64,000 nt of DNA from Monocercomonoides exilis PA203 (GCA_001643675.2 LSRY02000019.1:310001-374000); one strand, 5' to 3'. Positions 38,194-51,715 are shown, counted from the first letter of the stretch. The notes: generated by a model from the letters alone, not told the origin. Program-made: numbers and translations.

Positions 38194-38314
38194 TATTACA
38201 AAATTTCGGGATTTCGTTATCTAAATTAATTTTCATATATTTATTCATTTCGTTTTTTTCTTCAAACTGAACTTCGTATCATTTATAAAATAAATAAATA
38301 TTTCATTGCCGTAT

Positions 38315-38569
38315 GGGTGATTATTTCTGAAATTTTATTTTTTCATTCAGAATTTTCGGTTCGAAAAATTCACTCGAATATTAACAAAAGAACGCTGAAA
38401 AGTGAAAATATTTATAAAAGATAACTTTATCTTTGTTTCAGCTATAACATTTGTTTTTGAAATGGTTTTGATGATTTTTATTATCCAAATACAAAATCTC
38501 TTCCTTATATCAAACAACCTTAGAGAAATCAACACCCCGAAATAATATGTGATTTCAAAAATACTAACC
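38315..38569. mobile_element. Degenerate GGGT...ACCC MITE with AT flanks
   Basis: AT|GGGTGATTATTTCTGAAA ... TTTCAAAAATACTAACCC|AT. A related right end lies at about 43800-43844. Confidence 0.55.
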
Positions 38570-39343
38570 CATATTCTGACTCCATTTACAGTCACTGACT
38601 TCATTTATAGTTCGATGATCAAAAAATATTCTTAATTTGATTTTTTGTCAATATCTTTTTTAAAAAACCAATTTTTATTCAACGCTTATTTGAAATAATA
38701 TTTTATAATATTTGCGTTCAAAATTAATGTTGCAATAATTGAGGTTCCGATATGAAAATAATTTTTCTGTTTGTCAGGAAATCAAATATATCTGTCAATG
38801 ATCAAGAAGTCACACATAATAAGTTAAGATGAATGGTTATTTTTGTCTTCAATAAAATTGAAATATGTTACGTGACATCAAGATCATATCATAATTATAG
38901 AAAGAAGTGAAAGTTCAATCAAAAAAAGGAAAAATTATTCTTCTTTATTCTTCAAAATTTCATTAACAAATTTATAGTTTTTGAATTTCAAAAAAATCTT
39001 TTTCTCAAATCCAAGATTTTAAAATCAATCATCGTCATCAAGAAAGAGACTGAAAAAGAGTTACCAACCTGATTTAAAATCATTAAGGAAGAAAAGAGAA
39101 ACACAAATTACCAGTGTCGAAGAGCAAACATAATATTCAGATGAAAGTCAAGAGGAAAAAGAACATTACGGATTGTTTCTTGATGAGTTTATTTAGAAAA
39201 AGGAAAAATGGTTATTCTTTTTGAAAAGTCGCAGATGTTTAATACACAAAAAATTATTCAACATCGAAAAACTTTAATTCAAAGTCGAGAATCATTCGAA
39301 ATCGTAAAAGTTTAATTCGAAATCGAAAAACTTTTAACAACAT

Positions 39344-39583
39344 GGGTGATTCTTTTTGAAAAGTCACAAATGTTTAATTTTCAAATATATCAAAAATTTC
39401 ATATTTTGCTCAAATTTCTGTTTCAGCTCACAAATCTCCTCAAGAACGTTTGAAATGGCATTTTAAAGGAATAGATTTTATTATAACTGAGTTTGATATT
39501 TGTTAACAAAATATTTAGCAAAATATGAAATTTTTGGTTTATTTGAAAATTAAACATTTGTGACTTTTCAAAAAGAATCACCC
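39344..39583. mobile_element. MITE family C copy 1 (240 bp, ~70-bp TIRs)
   Basis: AT|GGGTGATTCTTTTTGAAAAGTCACAAATGTTT ... AAACATTTGTGACTTTTCAAAAAGAATCACCC|AC. Confidence 0.85.
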
Positions 39584-40070
39584 ACATCGAAAATTCTTTA
39601 TCATCAAAATATTTGAAAAAAATTTAAAAATACATACTCATGTGAGTTTCTTTTATTTCGAAGCACGATCTGAGAAATGTGTCAATTTCAATTAGAAATA
39701 TATTTTTTGATGTTTTTTGGTGTTTGATTTTGTATAATAGTGGAAAAAGGATAAAACAGAATTTTTATTAAACTTTTCACGTGTATTCAGGTGATTAGAA
39801 GGAATTTGAGGAAAAAATAAAAGTGATAGGATAGTTCATAATCTCGTTTTTTGTGCAAAATGACAGAAATTTGTTTCATTTATTGAAAACAAAATGTTTT
39901 GAATTTCATTTATTGCATTGGACGCTGATAAAATATAACATTTTCAATTTTCAAAATGAGAAAAGTATCAATGAATATCAGTCTTTATCATTGAAAACAG
40001 TAGTTAAAAATGAAAAAAAACATTTCCAATAAATAAGCATAAGTTATTATCAACATTTGTTTCAATATAT

Positions 40071-40338
40071 GGGACAAAATATTTGATTTCAGGCATTTTC
40101 ATTAAAAAATTATGCATCTTGGATGATATTTTTGTGATAAAATAATTTGAAGAAAATAGGTTTATTTTTTGATATTCGTTTGAGGTCACAAAACATTTTG
40201 TTATTATATCAATGATGCCTGTTTACGGATATGAAAATCAAATTTATTTTGAAATCTGGCAAAGTTTAATAATGTAATTAGTGAAACAATTTTTTCAAAC
40301 TTTGTGCATAAAAAGCTTGAAAGTCCGTATTTTCCCCC
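40071..40338. mobile_element. MITE family D copy (268 bp), AT target duplication
   Basis: AT|GGGACAAAATA ... GTATTTTCCCCC|AT. Homologous to 42191-42457, ~43956-44223 and ~44437-44708. Confidence 0.75.
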
Positions 40339-40344
40339 ATATGT

Positions 40345-40581
40345 CTAAATTTTTTTGAAAAGTTCCTTTTGTTTTATTTTCAAATAAAATAATAATTTTA
40401 AATTTCGATCAAATTTCGGCTCTCAAATACGAAATTACATGAAAATTTAAATAGAATCTTGACAATGTTATTATTTCCATTTTTGTGAAGTTTCGTATTT
40501 AAGAACCGAAATTTGATCGAAAGATGTTTTTTTTTCTTTTTTATTTGAAAATTAAACAAAAGGAACTTTTCAAAAATTTTT
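40345..40581. mobile_element. Palindromic MITE family E copy 1
   Basis: TTTTTGAAAAGTTCCTTTTGTTT...TTCGATCAAATTTCGG / CCGAAATTTGATCGAA...AAACAAAAGGAACTTTTCAAAAA. Confidence 0.7.
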
Positions 40582-40745
40582 ATTCAAATTTTCATTTGTT
40601 TTGATTTGAATAGAAATTCTGAACTAATAAACTTCTTTATCGATTAGAAAAATTTTATTTTTGATGTTGAATTTAAGTTTTTCGATATTGTCTTTAACTT
40701 TTTCAATTTTGAATAATTTTTGATGAATCGGAATAAACAGAAATA

Positions 40746-41197
40746 CAGTCTTAACCGGATATAATCACATCGGTTTTTGTACAACTTTTTGTGACTATAT
40801 CCGATTGTGATAATATCCGATGCTGCTTAACACATAAAAAAATAAAAAATTAATTAACTAATTAATTAATTTTTGGTCGAATTTTTTGTTTTTGAAAATT
40901 CTACATGAAAACGTATTTTTCAATAGAAAATATAATTTTTTGGATTTTATTGTGTTATTTTAACTTATTTGAGCATATATTTGAAAAAGCGAAAAATGGT
41001 AAATTTTGATCAAAAAATCGATTTTTCATTGAAAAAATCACCCATAACATGAAAAAATGTGATTACATATTTTCAGCCCTGTGATTATATGCGATGGAAA
41101 ATGAATGAAAAACAAACAAAAAATGTCGGCGCATAGAAAAAATGTGACTATAACCGATGTTGATTATATTCTATGTGATTATATGCGGCTTGGACTG
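40746..41197. mobile_element. MITE family A copy 2 (452 bp), TA target duplication
   Basis: TA|CAGTCTTAACCGGATATAATCACA ... TGTGATTATATGCGGCTTGGACTG|TA. Confidence 0.9.
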
Positions 41198-41224
41198 TAT
41201 TCCGATTTTGAACATTTTTTTGCA

Positions 41225-42030
41225 ATGAACCCATCAAACATTGAAAGTTTGCCTATAAGAATTTTTAAACGATTTGATACTAGAATATGTGCATTGCGGA
41301 GAAATTTGATGGATTTATCACCAAAAATTTTCCAATAAGATTTAATTTAGAATGACCCAGATATTAAACATTTGAAACTTTTCAAAAAGAACAACCAATA
41401 TGAGAAACTAAGAATCACAAAAGAAGCAGTTATCGAATTGTGCAATTTGATTTCATTCCACATAAGCACATTGCCAAAAAGAGGCCAAACAAAAATTCTT
41501 TTCATTCACAATCAATTAATTGTTTGCTCAGAATGGTTATCGAGAAAAACCATTGTGAAAGGAATTGTTTGTTTTCATGGATTGTCAAAAACAATATCCA
41601 GCAATAGTATTCGAGAGATAAGGCCATATTTCCTTTTAGTCTTGGACACGATATTCAAAAACCAACCAAAACCTAAAAAGTTCATTTCCGAAGTATTTCC
41701 GTCTGTCGCCTTGCCTGTTGACGCAACCACTGTCAAACGTTCTGTTCCAGTTGGAGACTTTGATATGTTAGGCAATTGTTTGATGGGCACCACAACTCTT
41801 ACAGCATGATAATAGAAGTTGTTGTATCATCCTGGCCTCCTTTTAAAGCGTTGTTTGTTTCGAAATCAGTTCCTGGAAGTGTTCATGATGTTACCCTTTT
41901 CAGAAATGGCAAGCATCGGTATGTCGAATATCTAAAAAAAAACAGAAGAAGAAAAGATTGGAAATGCCGTTCATAACAAAAATGACAGTTGGTTAATAAT
42001 GGCTGATAAAGTGTTTCAAGACCATAAGCC
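41225..42030 (+). pseudogene. PIF/Harbinger-ISL2EU-type (DDE_Tnp_4-like) transposase remnant
   Basis: ALPVDATT, FDGHHNSYSMIIEVVV, LFVSKSVPGSVHDVTLF and WLIMADKVFQ across frameshifted ORFs. Confidence 0.78.
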
Positions 42031-42190
42031 CAAAACGTCAAACAAATTTCTTCAATAAAAAAATTTTACAAAGCAAACAAAACTTTGAATAAAAAAGATT
42101 TCCAACATTCATAATTTGAATCCATTTTTTTATCTAAAATTAATAGAACTATTTATCAATTCATCTCTTATTATTTGAATTATAAAATAT

Positions 42191-42457
42191 GGGGGAAAAT
42201 TCAGGTTTTCAAGCTTTTTTGCACAATGCATGAAAAAATTGTTTCTCTTATAACTTTGTTTCTCATTCTCAGACGACAAAATAAATTTGATTTTCAGATC
42301 GGTATTCAAACATCATTGATATAACAACATTATGTTTTGAGATCTTACTTGAATTGCATATAATAAATCCATCTATTTCAAATTTTTTGATCACAAAAAA
42401 TTCATCCACAGTGCATAATTTTTTAATGAATATGCTTGAAGTGTCATATTTCACCCC
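42191..42457. mobile_element. MITE family D copy (267 bp), AT target duplication
   Basis: AT|GGGGGAAAATTCAGGTTTTCAAGC ... GCTTGAAGTGTCATATTTCACCCC|AT. Confidence 0.78.
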
Positions 42458-42659
42458 ATATTATGAAACTATCATATTTTGAAATTTGATTAACGGGATT
42501 CACTACGAAACAAAATTTTTATGCAAACATTTCTGATAAGTTTTGTTTCAATTTTGATGTTAATTTTTTCATGAAAGCTCTTCTGAACCAGTTTTCATCA
42601 TTCATATTATATTGCTTTCCACTTATCTAATTGATGAAGGTGACAGTTTGAGTGTATAT

Positions 42660-42899
42660 GGGTAAATCTTTTTGAAAAGTCGCAAATGTTTATTTTTCAA
42701 ATAAATTAAAATTTTCATATTTTGCTCAAATTTCTGTTCCCATTCACGAAACTTCACTAATATGGAATCAATTTCTGGATAATGCTATTTCAAACATTCT
42801 TGAAAAAATTCGTGAGTAAATACAGAAATTTGAGCAAAATATGAAAATTTTGATATATTTGAAAAATAAACATTTGCGACTTTTCAAAAAGAATTACCC
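42660..42899. mobile_element. MITE family C copy 2 (240 bp), AT target duplication
   Basis: AT|GGGTAAATCTTTTTGAAAAGTCGCAAATGTTT ... AAACATTTGCGACTTTTCAAAAAGAATTACCC|AT. Confidence 0.87.
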
Positions 42900-43955
42900 A
42901 TATAAAAAAATTGTAAAACTTATTTCTATATATGATTATTCTTTTTATTCGAAATTTGAAAACTTTTTATTCAAATTTCAAAAAATTGAGTATAATTAAT
43001 TGAAAAGCTTTTTCGTCAAAAAAATTGTTTTTGTTTGAATATTATAAAGTTTTTATAATGTCTTTTTTTCATAATTCATAAAAAGGAAGAAAAATTGAAT
43101 CTTAATAAATATTCATTGAAAACAAACATAAAAGTGAACACTTTTTCTGAAAAAAAATCATAATCATTGAAATCTGAAATTTTTCAAATGAATTCACCTC
43201 ACATAGTCAAATTACACATCAATCAATCAAAAATAGTTATTTGCATCAATTTACAAACTGAATATAATAATTTTTCACATTCGAATATATTCATGAATGA
43301 ACTTTCGGAATTCTTTATAGCAACGTGGTTAACCCACACAATTGCACAAACCAGCACACATGATTTCGAAAAACAGTTTGGATAATTTTTTTCGAAAAAA
43401 TAATTCATATTTTTTAATTTGACTCATTATAAGAGGAAAACAATACAAATTAAAAATCAAAGCAATTCATTAAGTGGCATTTAATATCCGAAAGGAATGA
43501 AGTTTTTATTCAAGTATTTGGTCTTTAACTCATTCGCTCATCATCATTAAAACAATAATTAATAATTAAGATAAAATTGTTTTGATTATTATTATATCTT
43601 TTGAAATCCTTTTTTTCATTCAAAATCTTCGGTACAAAAATTTTTCTTGAAAATCAACAAAAGAACATTGAAAAGTTAAAAGGCTTATTGAATACATTTT
43701 TATCTATGATTCGGCAAAAAACATTTGTTTTTTGAAAAAAATATCATGCTTTTTCTCCTTTGACTTTAAATTTTCTATCAAAAAACTAACAATCTTTGAA
43801 AAATCAACACCCGGAAAAAGGATATGATTTTAAAAATAATCACCCAATAAAAAATTATTTTTAAAAAACTTATAACATATTCCGTTAATAGACACAGCAA
43901 TTATACAATTATATTTTATTTATGGCAAAGAATGCAAAAGAATGAGAGAACATTT

Positions 43956-44223
43956 AAGACAAAATATTTGACTTCAGGCATTTTCATAGAAAAATTATGC
44001 ATCTTTGATGAACTTTTTGTGATCAAAAAATATGAAAAAAATGGGGTTTTTTTTTTGAAATACATGTGAGGCCACAAAGCATTTTGTTGGTACATCAATC
44101 ATGTTTGTTTTCAGTGTGAAAACTTATTTATTTTGTAATCTGAGAAAGCGAAATAAAGTTATGAGAAAAGTGATTTTTCAATGCCTTGTGTAAAAAAAAG
44201 TTTTAAAGTCCGTATTTTCACCC
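43956..44223. mobile_element. MITE family D degenerate copy
   Basis: GACAAAATATTTGACTTCAGGCATTTTCAT...AAGTCCGTATTTTCACCC is colinear with 40071-40338. Confidence 0.65.
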
Positions 44224-44436
44224 AAATAAATAAATAAAATCAAAATCAAAATAAAAATTTTAAAAATATTAATAATTTTTTATGAAAAAAAAATAAATGA
44301 AAATGAAAAATTATTAAATCGGGAAATGTGAATTTGAGTAAATAATTCATAGAAACAGAAAGAACATTCAATTTTGATTAATAAAGATAATTGAAAAACA
44401 AATAATGATTTGAATCCCATAAAATTGTTGTTAATG

Positions 44437-44708
44437 TGGGGGGATATACGGTCTTTCAAAGCTTTTTTTTTACATAAAGCATCGAAAAATTGCTTCACTC
44501 ATAACTTTGTTTCGCTTTCTCAGATTTTGAAACAAATTTGATTTTCAGATCCGTAAACAAACATCGTTGATATCATAATATGAAGTTTCCCAACATTTCA
44601 CGAATGTCAAAAAATGGACATATTTTTTAGTATATTTTTATATAAAAAAAGTCAATGAAAAGTACACAATTCTACAACGAAAATGCCTGAAGAAAAATAT
44701 TTTTTTTC
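44437..44708. mobile_element. MITE family D degenerate copy
   Basis: GGGGGGATATACGGTCTTTCAAAGC...ATAACTTTGTTTC...ATTTGATTTTCAGATC is colinear with 42191-42457. Confidence 0.65.
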
Positions 44709-44829
44709 ATGTGGGGAAACGTTTGTCAACATTATTTCTTCAAAAAAATCTCCTTTTCATCCACTTTTTTTATGTGTACAATATGAAACTGTCATCTCTC
44801 CCCTGTTCTTTGATCTCTTTTTCACATTA

Positions 44830-45500
44830 ATAAGGTCACAGGAGATGAGTCGGTTGATGGCATCCATCTGCTTTGACTGTTAAAAGAAGAGTGAAGTGAT
44901 GAATAGGAGGCATTTTTAAAAATTGAATGAAAGGGCATTTTCTTGGAACATTTCTCAAGTTTTCTCTTTTGCCCGATGACTGAAAGCTGATTTCATTCAA
45001 CTGAAATACCAACGAAAAGTGACACTTTTTTTGTTTCATTAATTCACGCAAATGCATCAAAAACAAAAGAACATTGCTTTTCGAAAAAGTGCTTTGTCGA
45101 GCATTGTCCAATTTAATTGTGTGAATTGTTTTGAGCTGTTGGTGTCTTTCGAGAAGGCTACACACACTTCGTATGCTTTGCATCAAAATGCATATAGCAG
45201 ATTTTTTTGTATATTGAATAAAAATTTTCCTTGCCTGTGAAAAAAATTAATTTAAAGACGAAATTGAAATTGTTTAACAAGCTGTTCTAGGGATGTCTTT
45301 AGTTGTTAACTGTGTAACAACATCATCCCAATTGAAAAGTGTTTTTTCCTATCTTTCCGCTTCTTCTTCCGATAAATACCTTAGCCTTCAATTTTTCACT
45401 ATCAATTCTCCAATGAAAATCATTTGAGAAGCTCTTTGTTGGCGATAATTTCGATTGAACTGTTATTTGATTAAATAAATCTTTTCCTTTTTCATTCCAT
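44830..45500 (-). pseudogene. pogo/Tigger-like (DDE_1) transposase remnant
   Basis: IKLDNARQ...LVFQLNEISF...HFTLLLTVKADG..PTHLL resembles the NxDET / TLLxxxxADG..P.LLW part of DDE_1 transposases. Confidence 0.55.
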
Positions 45501-45635
45501 GCATTTCTGAAAACATCAGATAGGATTTCACAGCAACTTTTTATTTTTTCAGAAAAATAAAAATTAAGAAGAAAACCATATTTAAAAAGAATAATCCATA
45601 GAAATATTTAATTCATTATTATTATTTAATAATTT

Positions 45636-45878
45636 ATCTAAATAAATTTGAAAAGTTCCTTTTGTTTAATTTTCAGAAAGAATAAAAATTTCATATTTCA
45701 ATCAATTTTCTGTTCTCTCTCATGAAACTTCACAAAAATGGAAATAATAACATTGTCAATATTTTGTTTTCATAATAGCACCATATGGTGAGTGAAAACA
45801 GAAATTTGATAGAAACATGAAATTAAGATTTTGATAAAAAATAAAACAAAAGGAACTTTGCAAAAAAAATTTTAACAT
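45636..45878. mobile_element. Palindromic MITE family E copy 2
   Basis: TTTGAAAAGTTCCTTTTGTTT ... AAACAAAAGGAACTTTGCAAA. Shares the internal GAAACTTCACAAAAATGGAAATAATAACATTGTCAA with 40345-40581 (inverted). Confidence 0.68.
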
Positions 45879-45954
45879 ATCTTCATGGTTTTCATTATTG
45901 GAAAAAATAAAAAAAAAAACAAAAAAAAAAAAAAAAGATCAGTCAGTGCCTGAT

Positions 45955-47343
45955 TTTTTATATTGGTGAAACTGGAATCAGTTTTTATAAATCAGATAAA
46001 AAGAACATTATCACATTATCAGATCGAAAACAGCCAGTATTACATTTATAACAGCATGAGCCTAAAGTGACATTAATTTTCGGAGTTTTCTCCGATGGAT
46101 CTTCTTTGAATCCATTGATGTTGTGGCCTTTGAGAACAGTTCCGAAAGATTTTCAACTTTTGAAGTTTTGAAATGTTGGAATTATTGCCAATTGAAGTGA
46201 ATGGATTTCAAAAAGTGACTGCGAAGAAATTATGATGAAAAACATTTTACCTGCAATAGACAAAAAAAGAATTGAACTGAATGGATCGGAAGCATCGGCT
46301 CTTTTTATCATGGACGGGCATTCACCGAGGCTTTGCTTGTTTGTTTGTACATGGTGTCACAAACATTCTATTGAAATTGTTATTCTTCCATCTCATACAA
46401 CTCATTTTTCTCAACACCTTGATCGCTATGTATTTGTGTAAATCAAAAAATAATTGTATTCATCTTTAAAGCCTCCTTCCGAAAGTGGAGTATCTGCCAA
46501 TAGAAAAACTCTTGTTCCAGCTTTGGAAGATGCAGTGAGTGCTGAGCTTGATTCCAGCATAATCAGAAAATAATTTTATGAATGCGGAATTGAGCCCTTC
46601 GATCCTTCCGTTGTTCTGGATCGATTGCCCAATCAGTTGTCAATCGCAAAAATTTCTTCGCTAACTTTTTCATGCACTTTTTCCCTTATCATGAACAAAA
46701 AGATAATCACAAGTGATGAATTTGTTGAGGAGAACACCCCACGTGAGGAAGGTTTGAATTATTAAAATCATATTTTTAAGGTTTATTTTTCAGAAAATTG
46801 TTTTTTTTTTTTTTTTTCACAGGAAAATGTGAACTGAACAAATATAGTATCGTCCAATCCAAGCTGATATCAATGATTCAACATAATGATCAACAGAACA
46901 AAAGAAGAGATAAAACAATTTCTGGACAAAACTTTGAAGCAGAAATCAGGGAGAATGTATTGTTTGCGGCTGAAAAACGAAAAAGAAAGAAGGTTTCAAA
47001 ATCATCTTGGGGAAGACAGTATGATTTTAACAAAATAGCATTTCTCTTTTCAAAAAACAAAATCTTTGAATACTGATTTATAAATATTCGTTTTTGTTTT
47101 ATAAATAACAAATGCCAAACACTTCGGTAAATGTATTTTTTCACACAAGAGTAATTAAAAAAGAAAAGAATTCATTCAAAAAGCCACTTTAATAGAAATT
47201 ATTTTCCATTTTTTAGTTTTTTTCCAGATGTATGTGAACAACAAATTCAATTAAACAAAGAAAAATATTAGAATTTGAAGAAATTGAAAACCGTGGGGAA
47301 TGTTTCCGGGTTTTGTCCCTTTCCCGGGTTTTGTCCATGACTA
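45955..47343 (+). mobile_element. 5'-truncated pogo-like (DDE_1) transposon with a right TIR
   Basis: YIGETGI, VTLIFGVFSDGSSLNPLMLWP, LFIMDGHSPR and ILPSHTTHFSQHLD. Right end GTTTCCGGGTTTTGTCCCTTTCCCGGGTTTTGTCCATGACTA|TA with a duplicated motif. Confidence 0.78.
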
Positions 47344-47575
47344 TATATGAGATACTATTTCTCATATTCATTCCTAATATTGACTTAAGATAATTTTCCC
47401 ATCACTTTCTGATATTCATCCAAAAATTATTTTTCACAAATAAATATTTCCAAATAATACTCAATTTGATTCAATTTGAACAAGAAGTTAAACGATTTCG
47501 AATAATAAGTTAACCAAATCTGAATAATAAATGGTGTAACACTGAAGTCACCTTTTCTCAAAAAAATCAATAATA

Positions 47576-49200
47576 CAGTGGGTGCTTAACCCGATCCAAG
47601 TGCAAAACCCGATCCGAAACAAAGAATAATAAACAGTATTTTCAAAATGAAAAAAGAATTACAATTGGACATTCCAAACTTTGTTCACTGTTTTATTGGA
47701 ATGAGACAATCAGTCCATTAATAAAGAGCTTGAATATTAAAAACGATTCATTATCTGAAAATCAAAAACTTATGAAAGTTTCATATTACAAGACAATAAG
47801 CAATAAAAAGTGTTTGTGTGTTTTTGCGTATTTTTTAATAGTTATCAAGGAGATAAATCCTTGACATTTGCATTTTTTTGACTTTCATTGGATCTTAAAA
47901 GCTTATATTTCTTGTTGATCAAATCCATAATGAATTATTAAAAGCATGGAATCAACTCCTTTTCAGTTACATAGAGAACTTGCAGCAAGTGAATATAGAG
48001 CTTTTGAGTCACCTATAAAAAATATTTGTTATTAAACATAACTTTCATGTAAAATGGCAAACTGCAGTTCAAAAAAAAATAATATCAAAAGGTGCTTGGT
48101 TTCGTGCAAAAAAGGCAGAAAAGGAAGGAAGAGAAATCGGACACGATGGACACCCATTAATAATTACCGACAATCAGCTAGAAACAATTGAGAATCAAGT
48201 ATTGGCTCTTTTGTCGGAGCAAGCTACTGTTCGTGTCAAAGATATTCAATCGATGGAATGTGATTATTTTGTTTCAACTTTTCGAATCTATCATTTCATT
48301 TTAGTGCGTTGATTTGCTTGAAAAAAGTTCAGCTGCAGATCAGGAGCCAAAAAAAATCAACAAAAAGAATGCCAATAAATTTCGTTAATGGAGTAGCATA
48401 CTGCATGCGGCTGTTTCCTGACAAATGGAAATAAAGAAAATTGATGCGCAATCTCCCTACAAAATAAGATCTTGGTTCACTGAATTATCATCTCTCATTT
48501 CGGGGAATAAAATCAGGTCTTTTGATATTTACAATTTTGATGAATCATCTTTGTCAATTGGTGAAACAACTTCATAACTTGTTGTTTGCCTCAAAGGACA
48601 AAATTCACCTGCTCCTCCATCACCTCCAAAAGTGACTAATTCAACTTTGTGCATGTGTGTTTGTGCTTGTGGCTCATCATTACCCAGTTATCTTCTTTGG
48701 CCTTCGAAAGATCTTCCTTCAGAATTTTCTTCTCTTTCCTGTATCAACATCCACTTCATTCCAGCTTCTTCTGGATGGATCACAAAAGAAATACTTAAAT
48801 CCATCATGTTGAATAACTGGTTTCCTATTATCATCAATAAATCAAAACCATCTCAAACACACAAAGCTTTTCCGCTAATGGACTACCACCGAACACATTA
48901 CGATGAGTACGTATCAAACATTACAAAAGAAAAATGAATTCTTCAAAAATTCTTCCCTCCAAACATGACGCATCTTCTACAACCATGCGATTCGTGCGTG
49001 TTTTCTCAATTGAAAAATACTCTTTACAACAAGTTTTGTACACCTAATCCGTTTTCAATAACCAGTAACAGATCTTCATTGGCAGAAGCACTTCCTGATG
49101 CAGTTGCAGCTGCATCAGCTCCATCAACCATTCGATCCTCTTTCATTTAAACAGGAACTTGGCGTATGATGTCAGCTCATGTGTTGGAAAGAATAGCAGG
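47576..49200 (+). mobile_element. Decayed pogo-like (DDE_1) transposon with a left TIR
   Basis: TA|CAGTGGGTGCTTAACCCGATCCAAGTGCAAAACCCGATCCG. Fragments IYNFDESS, STLCMCVCACGSSLPSYLLWP, SSGWIT, LMDYHRTH and PPNMTHLLQPCD. No matching right TIR found. Confidence 0.8.
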
Positions 49201-51169
49201 ATCTCCCCAAACAGATAGCAACACAGAATCTTCGTCGTGCGAAACAACCACTCAATAAAAAGAAAAACTTTTTGGAGAATTTTATCCGAAATAGGAAACA
49301 CGAAAAAATGAAAATCAACAAGAAACAAATAACGAGTTTTCCATAAATGAGCAATCTTCATCCATCGATACATCTTCTTCATCTTCTCAGCCGCAAGCAA
49401 TTGTGAAAGGATTGGACGGACATTCAGAAGATAAAAAAAACAACAAACAAAAAAACGCTTGATGAATTAGAGGATCAAATAAAGCATGCATTGAATCATT
49501 TGCATTATCTTCAAGAGCAATAAGAACAAGCAAAAATTACAAAAAATATGAAAAAAGATAAAAAACGTTCACCAAAACGTTCCAGAAAAGAATTTTGGAA
49601 CCTGACAGAAGAAAACGAACAGAAACATCTTAGTTAAAAGATTGCAAGGAGCAGAAAAAAGATCCGCATTCGCAATGATAATAACGAAGACATTCTCAAA
49701 AAAGTTCACGAAGTTAAGGAAGAATAATTCTTGAAGCCTCCGAGATTGCTTTCACCTGTTTGTTGCAAGAAAGAAAAGGAAATCAGAGAAAAATATTATG
49801 AAAAATTGAAAGTTTAGAAATAATATTTTCGAAAAACGTTCATTACAAATTTCTCAAAATGAGAGTTACTTTTGATTAGTTTTTCTTTTCTGTTTTTTCT
49901 TTCATTCCATCTTTTCAATGCATGCAAAAGAAACAGAAAGAACAAATGAGGTATCTTTCACAAGTTTTTATTCTATTAATTGAATTAAAAAGGATATTGC
50001 ATCGGATTTGTAAATTCTATTTAATTTGATTGAAGATTTTTGAAACACCATGAGTAACAAGTTTTGCTTGAGAAAGTCATTTCGCAAGAAATCAAGCCAA
50101 TTATAAGCCTGTGTTACAAGTGAAAAAATCCCTCGTCACGTCCGTCAAATTGAATTACTCTTGTCAAAGAAAAAAATTAATTTGAAAAAATATAATTTTT
50201 TATCATTGTTTTTAATAATACCAAAAATATTTCAATTAGGAAAAAATTTGAAATTTTCAGTAATTAAAATTTTATAAAATTTTATATATATATTGCCGAA
50301 AAACCCATTATAATATCTTTTTTGAGTTAAGAGAAAAAATAGACTTTTTCACATTTTCTTAAATTAAAATGTCTTAATAAATTGTTTTAATGTTTGCATT
50401 TTCACATTCTTTGTTATCACCGATTGCTCAAACTTTTTAATCTGTTATTCTCCTTTGAATTTATAAGAAATGTTATTCTCAATTTTTTTCGTTGGTTAAA
50501 TGAAATCCATTTTTATTTTTATACGAATTCGATTTGAACTTATTCTATTTGAAAAAGAACATATTATTACATTTCAATTCGCGTTTCAAAATCAATTTAT
50601 TTTATACTTTTTGTTTGTTGTTTTTATTAGCTTTGAAAAGGCAAAATTTTATGAAGAGATTAATGTCAAAGAAAAACATAAAATGCCTTCAAACTTTAAA
50701 ACTTAAGAATCAACCAAAAATGTTTGTTTTTTTATATGGAACTAAAAACTTCATTGTATCTTCATTAAAACTCATTAATCCTATGATTTTTCATTGTGAA
50801 AATGCTAACATTTTGTTAAGTTGAAAATAAATTTTCCTTTATAATATAAATTAATGTGATATTATGTAATTAATGAAGAGTAAAGAAACAAAGCAAAATA
50901 CACCAACACATTTTTTTAAAAACTGATAGAATTGTCGTGTTATCGGATCTAATTTTCATACCAATAAATAATACCATATTGTTGGGAAAAAAAAAGAAAA
51001 AATGGAAAAAGAAAAGCCCAAGAAGTTTTTCTTCAAAAAGTTTATGATTTTTTTGATTCAACACAAAAACGAAATATTCATCACAAGTCGAACTTCTTAT
51101 TTCTTTCTTTTTGGTATAAACAATGAACCGGCATTTGTGAAAAAAACAAATATGCGAACAACCTTCTTT

Positions 51170-51715
51170 CGCTTATCAACTTTCAATTATTCTTCCTTCT
51201 ATTTTTCTTTCTCCTCCTTTTCTTCTTTCTCTCCTATTCTTCCTCAGCATCCATTCTGTCATCTTTTCCACAGCATTTTCGCTCCAACGCACGCATAGCC
51301 ACCATTATCTCCTTACCTCCCTTCAATTTCTCTTCTCGCTCATCCAACAGGCGAATGAGGATCATCTCAGAATTGTATGAGCCATTCATTCATTTCGCCT
51401 ATTACAGGCAACTCTTGAAACCCTCAAAGAAATAAGAATTTCCACCCATTCTGAACTCTTTCTTTTCTTCTTCCTCCTCTTCCTCTTCCTCTTCCTCTTC
51501 CTCTTCCTCTTCCTCTTCTTCGTCTTCGTCTTCCTCATCAAATTCTTCTTCCTCCTCTTCCTCCTCATGTTCTTCTTCTACTTCTATTCTCAATCTCTTT
51601 CTTCTCCGTTTCATTAAACGATCATACAATTCTTCTTTTTTTCCCTCTTCTTCTTCTTCTTCTTCTTTTTCTTCTGCTTTAACTTTTTACATCTTCAATG
51701 TTGAAGCTTCTTCCA
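51170..51715 (-). pseudogene. Degenerate C-terminal fragment of a multicopy Glu-rich hypothetical protein family
   Basis: Poly-Glu tract followed by frameshifted NSEMILIRLLDERE...GGYACVGAKMLWK. The family match is from recall. Confidence 0.5.

Noticed and set aside
36002-47620. CRISPR-like arrays suggested by short repeated motifs (GATATAATCACA, CCGGGTTTTGTCC)
   Set aside because: The motifs are subterminal repeats of transposon ends, there is no regular repeat-spacer period, no cas genes are present, and the context is eukaryotic.
49985-50020. Right TIR of the pogo element starting at 47576
   Set aside because: Only a weak ATCGG resemblance, with no alignable inverted terminus.
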